A stretch of 61,596 nucleotides of DNA, counting the filler, from Sphacelaria rigidula (taxonomy: Eukaryota): NCBI GenBank assembly GCA_964200075.2. It is 10 parts of 10 records of this genome, joined end to end, with 100 filler letters (N's around TTAATTAATTAA, not from the genome) between each part and the next. Parts side by side here need not be neighbours in the genome. Positions count along the whole stretch, not along the records: positions 49,359 to 55,427 come from CAXNAA020022446.1; positions 55,528 to 61,596 come from CAXNAA020022447.1; 8 more parts are not named here. One strand, written 5' to 3'. Under the pieces are notes generated by a model. That model worked only from the letters and a program-made list of their open reading frames with translations, had not been told where the DNA came from and made no database searches. Of this stretch, positions 50,860-61,596 are shown piece by piece (the stretch's first letter is position 1; each line of letters begins with the position of its first letter). Position numbers and translations under genes: made by a program.

Positions 50860-53800
50860 TCTTTGTCTAGTGGCGGTCTCCGGTATATGTACGGTGACAG
50901 TCTGTACATTTGTCTAGGTTTTGGTGGCTTGTTTCACAGCGCCGTTGCCACTCGAAGCCAACCCAAGAGTCTAGAGGTGAGGGGTGGAGGGGGGTCACTG
51001 TTGTTCATCGACATACTCACGTTGTAGACCTCCACCCAAATTTCGTTGGCGAAGAGCTAGCTGGGGAATCGACTGGCAAACACGTCGGGCGCCTGTACCT
51101 GTGCAGTTGGCATGACCTCCCCGGCGGGCGTCCTTGAGTCGGAAACCCGTGGGGGTTGACCCGATTTTGTGGTCGTCTGCGCTCGTGACGCAGAGGTAGC
51201 TGCAATGGCGAAAGGTTCCCGACTACTCATCAGCGGACCGTGCTGGCCAAGTCCCGCGGATGCACCATCTCGTCTAATTATAGTTGACTCAATGGCCTGT
51301 GTACGATTTGTACGCAACCCATCTAGTCTACTCCACATCTCCTCGAGATTCGAAAACGGAATGGCTGCAGTAGCTGCGTCGCCCACAAAAACTTGGCATG
51401 AGACTGGCGTACTGTCGAACCATACTGGAGCGAAAGAGTGGCACACGCATCTTCTGAGTCGGCGCTTGTTCACGGCCGCCATCAACCGTCACCGAAATCA
51501 ATGTACGTAATTATTTCAGGTATTGGTCAAACGGAGTGTTTATCAGTACCTTGAATGTGAGTAATCGTTGAATAGATTCCCCCTCGTAGCTCGTGTCAAG
51601 TGACGAGCTGAGAACCCGGAGCAAAAGCGTTCACGCTCCGTTCCCGCTTGAGCCCTTGTTCGCTTGAGCCCTTGTCCAGTACCCGTGACACTTGATCGAA
51701 TTGAGCATCGTACATTGAGGTGATTTTCGAAGACTGTAGAGAGTTGAGGTCTATGGCTTGCTCTAATGCCCGATGCAATGGGCGAGTCCACCTGCAGACC
51801 CACTCACTCCTCTCGAGACTCACGAAGTGTGGGCAATACACGGCGAGGATATCGCTCAAGAAATTTTTGAGCGATGACCTCAGCTGGCTACGATTTAGGC
51901 TTGGGTGGAGCCTTTAATGAACGGTATAACCGGGGTTTGACCTTACCCACACTTTTGATGTTAAGCTCGAGATAGGCGCGACGAGTGCATGACGCGTCAA
52001 TGCGTGGTGTGTTGTTGGTTGTAACAAATTGCGCTTTTTTTGCTGTTGGTTCAAATTGAGCATGTTGTTTCTCAGCTTTGCTCGATTTACCTTCCTTTTT
52101 GACTTTCACGAGAACCTGGTTCTCCTCGGTTTTGGTTGACTTACCGTCCTCCTTCTCTTTCAGGAGGGAGTGTCTTTGCTTCGCAACAGTGGAAGACAGA
52201 GGTAAGAAATCTGACAGCGTTTGTGTCGACGGCCGGTTTGGTCGGGCGCGATCATTGTTGGTGAACTGATCATACCTGTCGGTATCGCTGTCGTCGGTAC
52301 TCGACGCATGAGACTTGGTGTGAGCTGCCTGTTTTCGTGGCCGCGTCTTTTTCTTCTGGACGCCACTATCCCTGATCGTACTTTGCCCTTTTCCCGCAGT
52401 TTGCCTCTCTGCCTCTCCTTGTAGTGGGGTTTTCCCACCCTGTGGCGCATTAGTCCCAATACCCCGATCCCCATCATCATGCGCGAGTTGTCCAATTGGT
52501 GCGTGGGTAGATATGAATATACCGTTGTCCGGATTTCTTCAACATCGCGGAACATGGTGACAAGAGGCTCGACAGAGTTGTGTTGGATTTTCTTCGCAGT
52601 GCAGTCGGGGTGAGGCTGGGGTTGCACACATCTGACAACTCCCGCAAGTGTTACTGCACGGCGGTGATTGGGAAACCAGGCAAGAAGATCTTTGACCTTC
52701 TCACTGATCGGGTCTGCAAGGTGGTGTGCCTGACATGTATAACGCACCAGATTAGCGGGTTCGTCGATGAAATACGATAGGGCGGTAGTCGCCAAGTTCT
52801 CGAAACCGGACAAGTCCCGTGCAGACTTACTGGGGCCCTGCAACCGTAGTGGTGTAGTTGATGGTCCTTCGAGAGCCGTGCCCATTGCCGCCATCGCGCA
52901 CGACGGATTATCGTGTGGGACTAGATTGTCGCGTGGAGGGGGGGGGCGTACTCATTTCTTGCTTGCCTTAGTCGTTCGACCATTGACCACGCATCCCTTT
53001 CGAGGCGGAGCATGTTGCGTAGGGGGGGGGGTTGGAAGGGGGAGGGGGTTGTTCACGGCTACCTGCGGTCTAAAACGTGGTGACGGAGCGGTTATGTTTT
53101 TGTACCGCTGGAAGAACCTGTTGTGGTGGAGGGGGGAGTCCCGTGGTTAAAGGGGCACGTGTAGGTGATTCAGTGTCGTTGACTGGATTGGCCATGTTAG
53201 TAGCCATGGATGAGCTTTGGGGTTCATCCATGGTCGTGGAGGGGTCAACAGTCAGTAAATGGAGACGCCAAAGTTGTTCGTCCAAGCCTGACTGAGTTAC
53301 CGAGAGACGTGCCGTTGACTGTTCAGAGTAAAGGTTGTGTGTACGTTGTGCCTGATGCAACTGCAATTGTGCGGCACGAAGAGCTTTCGCCGATTGGCGG
53401 AGCACTTTGTCTTGTTTGCTCTGCTGGAGAGCGAGAGCCTGTCTTTGTGTGTCCCCGTCACGTCGAGCCCGTGCTAGGAGTTGACCACGTTCGCAATCCT
53501 GGCGCTTAGTGCGCTCGACTTCGGCCTGGTCGGCCTGTATGAACATGTGATCCCAGTATGCGGCTTGTTCGGTAGCCGTCTACTGTTCCCACCTATGGGG
53601 TAAAATGGTGTCTGGATGCAAGAGTTGGAATTGCGATTTCGCTTTGTCCCTCACTTTTTGGGGAGGGCGCGTTGTGGTGAAGCTAGTCTGTTGTTCACGG
53701 TCGGCTGTCAAGCGAGGCGTAATGTCGGTTTCCGTATCAAGACCTACGGGGGGAAGGGGCGGGGACAAACGCCGTAATTTCCCCACGACCTGCAGCGGCT

Positions 53801-54540
53801 GACTGGTGGGGAGCGTCTCTGTTTTCAGTGATCACAAGGGCGAAGCCAGAGGGAGATTGATTCCCGTATCCATGTCGACGGTTGCTTCTACGGAAGCATG
53901 TCCGCGGTCAAAGAAGTCGTCTAAACCCTTTTCCTGGACGTTGCTATCGACACTACCAGACCTGGGAATACCGTTGTCCGAGGAGGTTGCACCGTCCGCG
54001 ATTGCACCTTGGACAATTGTTCCCGGCGTTCGTTCGACATCATACATGGTATGTATATCTGAAGAGGTGCGTGGTATAGGCAGCATGGAAATCAAGAGGT
54101 TGATCAGGGATCTGGACGTTGTACATGTATACGGGAATGATGTCGGAAACCTATGGCTCTCTCGTGTGTTCGTTGATATCGAAGGAATATCAAAACTCCC
54201 CTGTGGTTGCCAACCCCCCACGTCGGTTTTGGTCGAATTGGGCGTGTGTACAGACATAATATCATCGTACTGGCCCATCTGTGACATCGCTGTAACTTTG
54301 GTGTACATGTCGGACAGTTGGCTGCCACATTCCGTGTTTGGAAAAAGGAAATCATTGTCTGTACAGCGGGCTGAAATTGAAAAATCCCGCGTACGCCCTG
54401 CCTGCAAGTATGGATCGGCGTGTGTTATACACATGTCGTTCGGTTCGGGGGGTACAGGACCGAGGAGTAGGGAGCGGGGACGCTGGAGCGGAAGAAACAA
54501 GGAAGAAGCGACGTACCCGGAAGGGGCGTACAGAAACAAA
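50860..54540 (-). pseudogene. Decayed long ORF, possibly gag/ORF1-like region of a retroelement
   Basis: A chain of intronless-looking minus-strand ORF fragments (53832-54539, 53070-53546 coiled-coil, 52160-52894, 51596-51859, 51057-51485) ends near a CTDCHRT.TG knuckle-like remnant at about 50880-50910. No diagnostic pol motif is present. Confidence 0.35.
52938..53012 (-). mobile_element. Isolated ~70-bp 3' end of the C-run LINE family with apparent target-site duplication
   Basis: Flanks are tgtcgcgtggaggggggggg (left) and tgttgcgtagggggggggg (right). Confidence 0.8.
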
Positions 54541-57234
54541 GAAAATGTGAGCGGCTCTGAACAACATTTTCGTGAGATTGAGAGTAGAACGCTGAGTGAG
54601 AGTGGCTTCAGTCATTCACTTGAATTTGGTCATTTTTTTATTCCGTGTGTGCTCTTATTTCCCTTGGTCACTAGCGTGTGCTTAGAGCTACACGCCGATA
54701 TCCTACTCAGGGATATCAAGGGCCTCAGTGGCAAGCTACTACAGAAAGAATATCGGGCCTTGTGGAGGGGCATTTCGGAATTGAAATGATTGATTCACTA
54801 ATTGACCGCTTTTCACTCTCAATCGTATCCTATACTCTCGATCTCACGAAAACATTGTTTCTGGTAGAGACTTGCCCGTGGATGAAAAAGGAAAATAAAT
54901 TTGTTACGAATGTGCATGAAAACGTGATTCGTTCGCTGTGCCGGGTACAACGGTACAAGAGAGAGCGGATTCGCCACAGTAGGTTGGCGGCACCGTGGTT
55001 ATGACCTACAGGTGGGGGGGGACTGGGTTATATTGCAAGAGAGAGCTCGCGTGTGCACGCGCGCCTCAAGCATCTTACGGTCGTTCGTCATTGCCTGAAG
55101 CGGTTGTGGGTACTGCCTGAGACATTGTACACCTGCGGTTATACCAGAGTCGGAATGTCGGTCAAACTCCGAGTAGAAAGAAAGGCAACTGACCGAAATG
55201 TAGGTAAGATTGAAAATCAATGTAGGCTAGCGTGAAAAACAGCGTTCGCAAGGCGGTGCGGGGGAGAAAAACCTACAGCTTGAGTAAAACGGATCACTCT
55301 GAAGCCCCATCTGTAACATCCCGGCTAAAGCCCCAACTGTAACAGTGTTGCAGTAGACACTTTCTACGATAGCCCCCCCTCCAAAAGTGCATGGTTTTGG
55401 GAGGCAAAATCTTCACGTAAATCGAAANNNNNNNNNNNNNNNNNNNNNNNNNNNNNNNNNNNNNNNNNNNNTTAATTAATTAANNNNNNNNNNNNNNNNN
55501 NNNNNNNNNNNNNNNNNNNNNNNNNNNGTGAGTGGTGGGTGTCTGTGCGTGTTTTTTCGGGGCTGGGTGTGTAGGTGTTGTCTTGCCTTGTTGTATCTTG
55601 CCTTCAACATTACGCAGACCTTGGGCCTGCTTGGACTAACTATCACTTTCAGATCCGCCGCATTTCTCAACCTGCGTGCAGGTCTGGATTCCAATCTGTA
55701 CAAAACTGCTTCTCGATAGGACTCGGGACTGACGGTTTGGGGCCAATCGCCGGTAAAAAGGGGATCGTGAAAAAGGGGATATATCGATATATCCCCTTCG
55801 TCGTGGTAAATGGGTCCTAATCTGCGTCACCATTATTTTCACAGTCACGATGGGTGGTATGGGCTTCGCTACTCGTTTCAATCAACTACTGAAGTAGTCC
55901 GCGGTCGGTAACCCCACAACAGCGGCCAACACTCAGATCCCCCAGGCGGGGGCAGGTCAGTGGACGAACACACTTCACGACCAGAAACAACACGCAGCCC
56001 AGCGGGAGAAAGGGATGGGCAACCATGCAATGACAAACTCACTCAGCAACGCACGAGGCTTTGCCGCCCCCCCCGTCCCCCCCGCTTCTCTCCTATAGAC
56101 ACTTTCGCGAACACGCACCCCTGTACTGTTGGCTTTCATCGCGATAATGTGTGCATTACTGTCAGAGTTACGGTTCAACATATACCTCACTATGGCGACG
56201 AAGTGATGTCAGTTACATCATGATCATGTATGTTTTGATCGTCACCATTTTATGCGCATGTAACTATGCGAGGTCTGCAGCCAGGTTCGTAAGTACCTCC
56301 GAAGGATATCTCTGCGGGCCTTCTACACAACATGCATGATCAGGGTGCAGTAGGGTACCCAAGCAGTCTGTACTGTACCGCCCAGGCCGTGTAGACAACA
56401 GATGAGAGACACTAAACTCCACACCCAGGGATGCCACCAGTGAAAACTTCTTGTATTTGGGTATGTGGTGACCTCATGGGATGTCTGTACCCTCTGTCTA
56501 TCCGCACTTGTACGCGCTGAACTCTTTAGAGCGTATGAGCACGATCTCATCATTTTGCGAATTCAGTTTTCATGAATATCGTGGCAACTGGTACTACTCT
56601 AAATTCAATATATTTTCGAAAAACCAGAAGACCCCCTGGGCAACCGTCAAGTATGGTACCCGAAGGAAACAATCCCGGAATTTGGGCAGCGTTTGGGGGG
56701 TGAAGAGATCTTGTCAGTATAGACATAACAAAAGACAGCCAATCAGGGAAATTTGGGAATCAAGCCATAGACGTGTCGAGAGTGGATACCACTACACCCT
56801 TTCTTCTCCCCGCGCGGGTGTTTCGAGCCCGTACTTTCGTCATTTATTCCGCAAATAACGGCTTTTCGGCTTCGAAGACAAATCCAAACCAGGGCCGGTC
56901 GCGGAGTAATTAAGGCTGAGCATCAATTTTGGTCATACTCCAGGCTATAGGCGTTACCAGGGGGCGATTTCTGTTCATCTTCTGATAATACATAGTTGTT
57001 GGGGCGACAGAGTGTGTGCTAGCTAGCCTGTGTGCGCCTTGCGTGCCTTGGTTGTGCTTCAGGTTTCCCCGCCCCCAACGTATTTCACAACGTGCATTAA
57101 CAACGATTGTGCATACACACCGCTGCCTCGAGCACAACACACAACTGGAGAGTCAGCGTAGGTCCAGCAACTTACGGTTTCCACCCTGCGCAACAGCTAC
57201 ACCCATCCTGAGCACTACGTGAGGCATAAACCGC

Positions 57235-60200
57235 ATGGCTGAAGACTTACCACCGAGGCCGGGTATGCCAGCCGTGAGCAGTATTGGCCAGTTTGAGCTC
57301 ACGGCTGCCGCCCGGGAATCTTTCGGGTTTGCTGACGACCAGTTCATGGAGCTCTCCACATCTGGGGCCTCTATCTATGCGCTACCTATACTGTCAGACC
57401 CATCGTCAAGCTCGAACGGTAGCCTGTCTGGGCTATCAGGAGGTTTTTCCAATCGTAGTCTGAAACGAGCTCTCCTTGACCGGGCTGCGCCGCGGCCTCC
57501 GCCCTCGACGGCTTCTCCCGGCGGCATAAGTTCTCCTTGCCCCCCGCAGAACTTGAGTCTTGACGAGTCTTCTCTCTCAATTTCTGGCATGTCGCTCGCG
57601 TCCTTGGGTTCCCTGTCGAGATCGTCCAGACGCCTGCATATGCTTGAGAATGTTGATGAAGCGCTTGACGACTCTCGAACGTGGAGGGATGCCGAGGTCA
57701 GCGCGACGGTCGAAGAGAGCGGCGACCGAGACCGTGAACATGACGGCAAAAAGGACGTAAGATCTTCTGGTGAGTATGGGAGATCGTCCAATGACAGTGA
57801 CAGAAGACAAGGCACAGTCTTGCAAGCCGCTTCAGGAGGTGACGGTGACGCCGCCGCCGCCGTGGGTTTGCCTGCCACGACGAGCATGCTGCACGCCCGC
57901 GCAAGTAGCGCACCCAGCCAGCATCCGCGCGGCGGGGGCAGCGTGCAAGATTTCAGCACAGGGATCGCCGACCTCCGTCGCCAGTACTCCTATTCTCGCC
58001 GCATGGCCTCTATGCCCCAGCGCAGGAAAGATGTGCCCCCTCCACCGCCGGTAGGAGTTGACCTTGCTCCTGTCTCAACGCCAGCGGTCATCAGCTCATC
58101 TCCTCCGCCAACTCAGCCCGGCGATGCGACCATCGGTTGTCCCACAACCTGGTCTACATCGCACAACCGTGACAATGATTTAGACGGTGACGTTGGTGTC
58201 GGCGGCAGCGGAGGGGGGAGTAGCGGAGGTGGCACTAGTAGCGGGAGCAGTGGGAGCAGGTCGCCAAGCAAGGCCAGAACAGGAAAGCGAAAGAGCAGCC
58301 GACCGGCCGCGGTCGGACGACTGCTGAGGACGATTGGGCGGCGCACGGCAAAAGCACGAGAAGAAGTGGGGGCGAGTAGGGGAAGAGCAGGGGCAATAGC
58401 GGCAGCGGGGAGAGGGGCCGTTGACGCGGAGGGCGAGGTGGAATGGGCATCAGAAGCTGCAAGCTGGAGCAACAACAGCAGCGTGAAAGGGCGGAGGATC
58501 AATTCCTCCCCCACCAGCGCCCTAGGTGCCAGTCCTGGGAGGTTGCCATACAACGGACGGGTGATCCGCGTCCGGTCAGCCTCCTCCAAGTCTACGGCTG
58601 TAGCAACAGCTGCCGTCGTTGCTGGCCTTGAGCAATCCAAACTAGGCCGCGGCGGGTTGCGCGAGCGGTTCGCCAGCGTTTGGGGGCACCGTCGTTGTGG
58701 TAGCAGTAGTAAGAAAGACAAACGGGGCAACGAGGCTGAACTCGAGGAAATATCCACGTCTTTGAGCGGGGCTTGTAACGGAGGCGGAGGGGTCTCCGGG
58801 TTTCCGCCAGGTGACTCGTCGGCTGTTGGGCCCGAACCAGGTGCCCTCCCAGGATGGTTCCGGGGCCATTCTGCCCCGGTAGGAGAGCCCTTAGGGGACA
58901 CGATACCCTACGATTCCTTCACCACCGCTGCGTTCTCCGGCATTCCGCTCGGTGCCTCCAGTCTCTCGCTCGATCTCAATTTTGCTCTCTCTCCTTCCAC
59001 GCACGATGTCGATGATTCGAGCGCCTCCGCTGCGCGATCCTTTGATCCCAACTCTTCGATCAAATCTTTGTTGGACATGTCTTCATCCGACCGTAGGCCT
59101 CCTGATGCGCGAGATACATCGATGGCGGACAAGACTGACGGTTCTGCGGCGGCACCGGAGGGGGGGGCGGTGCAGGCAGTGCAAGCAACAGCACCGCAAT
59201 ACGAAGCTGCTGCTTCTGCTACAGCCGCAAGAGATGGAGCGGCAGAGGCGAGCGCGCAAGCGGTGGTCGAAGCTGCCGCGGCCCTCCTGCAAGACCAGCT
59301 CGCGCAAGACCTCTCCGACTTGTCTGTTTCTGGCGGCGGCCGCGACGATGAGAGGAGCCCTGTTCAACGCGACACCACTACGCGTGCGTACGGCGCGATA
59401 GAATTTTCGAAGGCTGGCACCGCTGCCTTGACGGCGTCCGAGGGTCGCCCTGACAGCGAAGAGTATCGTCTACCTCGGTCTGTCACCCTTGACAGCACGG
59501 CACCGTTGCCGACCACAGTGCAAGGCACTCTCAGCAAGGACAGTCACCCTAGCACCGCCCCCCACAAAGCTTGGCAAATAGTACCTCCCATGCAGACACA
59601 CCAGACCGCCGGTATGCTGTGGTCGAATGTCCTGGTTGATGTCCCCGGCGAAAAGGCGCCGACCGCTGGAGGCGCCGGCGATTGCGATGATTTAGGCCCC
59701 GCCCCCGTCAAGTCGTTAAAGACCGCGAGCTGGCCAGGTTCTGGAGAAGGCATGCCGGCTGTGGGGATGTCGCTGGCGCAGTGGCAAGCAGGCGGGGTCC
59801 CAGTCGGGATCAGTTCAGATTGCTCCGAGACCACATCCAACTTAACCATCGAGCATATCGACAAGCAAGTCTCATCGTCTTTCCGTGAAGCGTGCCCTCT
59901 CCCTGCCGCAGCGGGGGTCCTCGGAGTCGGGAGAAGCCGCTCAGCGGACGACACGGACCGCTCCCCGTCAACTCTGCACATGAAATCGCCGATTGTTGGT
60001 TTGAACGGCGGCGGCAGCGGCCGCTGCAGCAGCGACAACGCGCCCAACCTGTCTCGGCCTGACAGATTGCCGTACGGTGGAGGAGGATCCGCTAACCGAG
60101 CCTCCCGCTCCGTCTTCGCGACGGCACCCGCCGGTGGCATCAGCGTGACCGGAATCCTTCCCCCGTTCTCCACTTCTTCAAGTCCCCACGAGACCCGCAG

Positions 60201-60680
60201 CGGTAGTATTGGCGCCCCCGCGCCCTTACCCCCACCGTGGTGGCCAGGTCTATCAGGTTGCGCCCCGCGCGCAGATATAGAGGTCCGGGAAACATTAAAT
60301 GCCCCCCGGACGATATCCCACGAAGGTTCGATCGAGGTGCCTTCCGCTGGTGGGGATGGTGGCGGCTGTAGCGGCGGCAGCCCGACCGGCGGCGCTGAAA
60401 GTTTTCCCGGATCATCACCGGCCGGATCCGAGGGCAAGAACAACGAGGCCTGGTCGGCGTTGCAAGCAATGATTCCCACACCAGGCTTGGCGAAACCGAA
60501 ACCGAAAATGAAGCCGCAGGCTGTTGGCACCCACGTCGGGGGCGTGTCCCAGGTTGGCACCGGGGCCGACAGTAGTGGTGGCACGGTGAAGAGGGGGGGC
60601 AGCGATTGCGGATCTGATGTTGGGTGTGATCGCCAAGGCAAGGCGCACGCTAGCGGATGGGGAATGTTGGCTTCAATAGG
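57235..60680 (+). CDS. Very long (about 3.4 kb) probable first exon of an unknown Ser/Gly/Ala/Pro-rich, largely disordered protein
   Basis: An uninterrupted 1149-codon frame starts at ccgcATGG. The apparent TGA stop lies within a GG|gtgag donor at 60681, so the CDS probably continues in downstream exons. Confidence 0.75.
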
Positions 60681-61596
60681 GTGAGCGGGTGGCACAAGTT
60701 GTATCTGCGTGTGCATGATGTAGCGAAGTTGGCGGTAATTACTGTGGTGATTTCACGAGGGGTGACATATTTTGGAGTCGCTCCCGCCCTCCCCGCCCCC
60801 CCCATTTGTCAGCTGACGAAAAAAAAACACCTTATCCAACAACCCCTGTTGAAGTAGTATGACGGCCTCTTCAAGCGACTCATTAGCTACAGCAGTGTTC
60901 CAACGCACACAAGTAAGTGGTAAGGTGAGCCGATCTTTTCCTACGCCCCTAGTATACGGCGCGGCGCCGTCTCCAGGGTACTTCAAAACTCAGCCTCCTC
61001 ACTGGTGTGCGATTATTCACCACATCAGTTCGATCTGCCTGACTCGCGACCCAAAATATCGAAAACAGGGTAAATCGTTGCTCCGACTCCAGGGACATAT
61101 TTTCAACAGGTAAATCAATTGTATTTTTACAAGTCTGACCATGTCTGGCGGGGTAACTACCTGGGTTTAGAGCGCCTCCCGCCAAATTTGGGTTGATGGG
61201 AACAATTTTTGGGTGTAGTGCTGAAACTAACATATGCGCCAACCGCTCGAGCTCGGGACAAAGCTTCCTCTGCCCTGCGCAGACGAGGGTGAGCAATTTT
61301 ATGGATATAAAACAACGAGGATCGTGTCATTTATCTATTTTTATACCATGTCACGTTAGCTGTTCGCTCTCCCCAGATAACCGCCACAAATATCTTCGAA
61401 TGATTACCCTCACACATGTCAACCCCCCCCCCTCCCCCCATGCCCAGTGGGGATGATCGTACCACGCAGTGTTTAAATGGCGAGACACCCATGAGGCAGT
61501 GTAAAAGCCGTGGCCGTCTCAGGAAGTGACGATACCAGAAAATAAAGCACCTCACTGTAGGCTATCATCCAAATGCAAGATAATCAGTAGGCGTCG

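Noticed and set aside
59544..60716. 390-aa minus-strand ORF (and other antisense ORFs in 57375-59367)
   Set aside because: These are antisense shadows of the GC-rich plus-strand exon.

Overview
This is eukaryotic, intron-rich, repeat-rich DNA. Brown alga (Phaeophyceae, Ectocarpus-like) is inferred from about 50% GC, GTGAG/GTACG donors, (ac)n-cag acceptors, long introns and the TE repertoire; this is not proven. The window is not one locus. It is ten unrelated contigs of 6070/6069 bp (1-6070, 6171-12240, 12341-18410, 18511-24580, 24681-30750, 30851-36920, 37021-43089, 43190-49258, 49359-55427, 55528-61596) joined by artificial 100-nt N-TTAATTAATTAA-N linkers, so adjacency across linkers is meaningless. 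Recognisable host gene pieces are: a His/Gly-rich terminal exon; convergent last exons of an ATAD1/Msp1-like AAA ATPase and of VPS15; the last two exons of BCKDH E1-alpha; the 5' exons of an EF-hand plus WD40-like gene; and a 3.4-kb low-complexity first exon. Mobile DNA includes two decayed Ty3/Gypsy elements, a frameshifted ALOG-domain tyrosine recombinase (DIRS-type retroelement), a Stowaway-like fold-back MITE, a tRNA-derived SINE family and a 63-bp minisatellite. It also includes a LINE family whose 3' ends abut C-homopolymer runs that appear to be duplicated target sites. The best second-look candidates are the apparent poly(C)/poly(G)-targeting LINE and the ALOG-YR element. No CRISPR array, rRNA or intact tRNA gene was seen.
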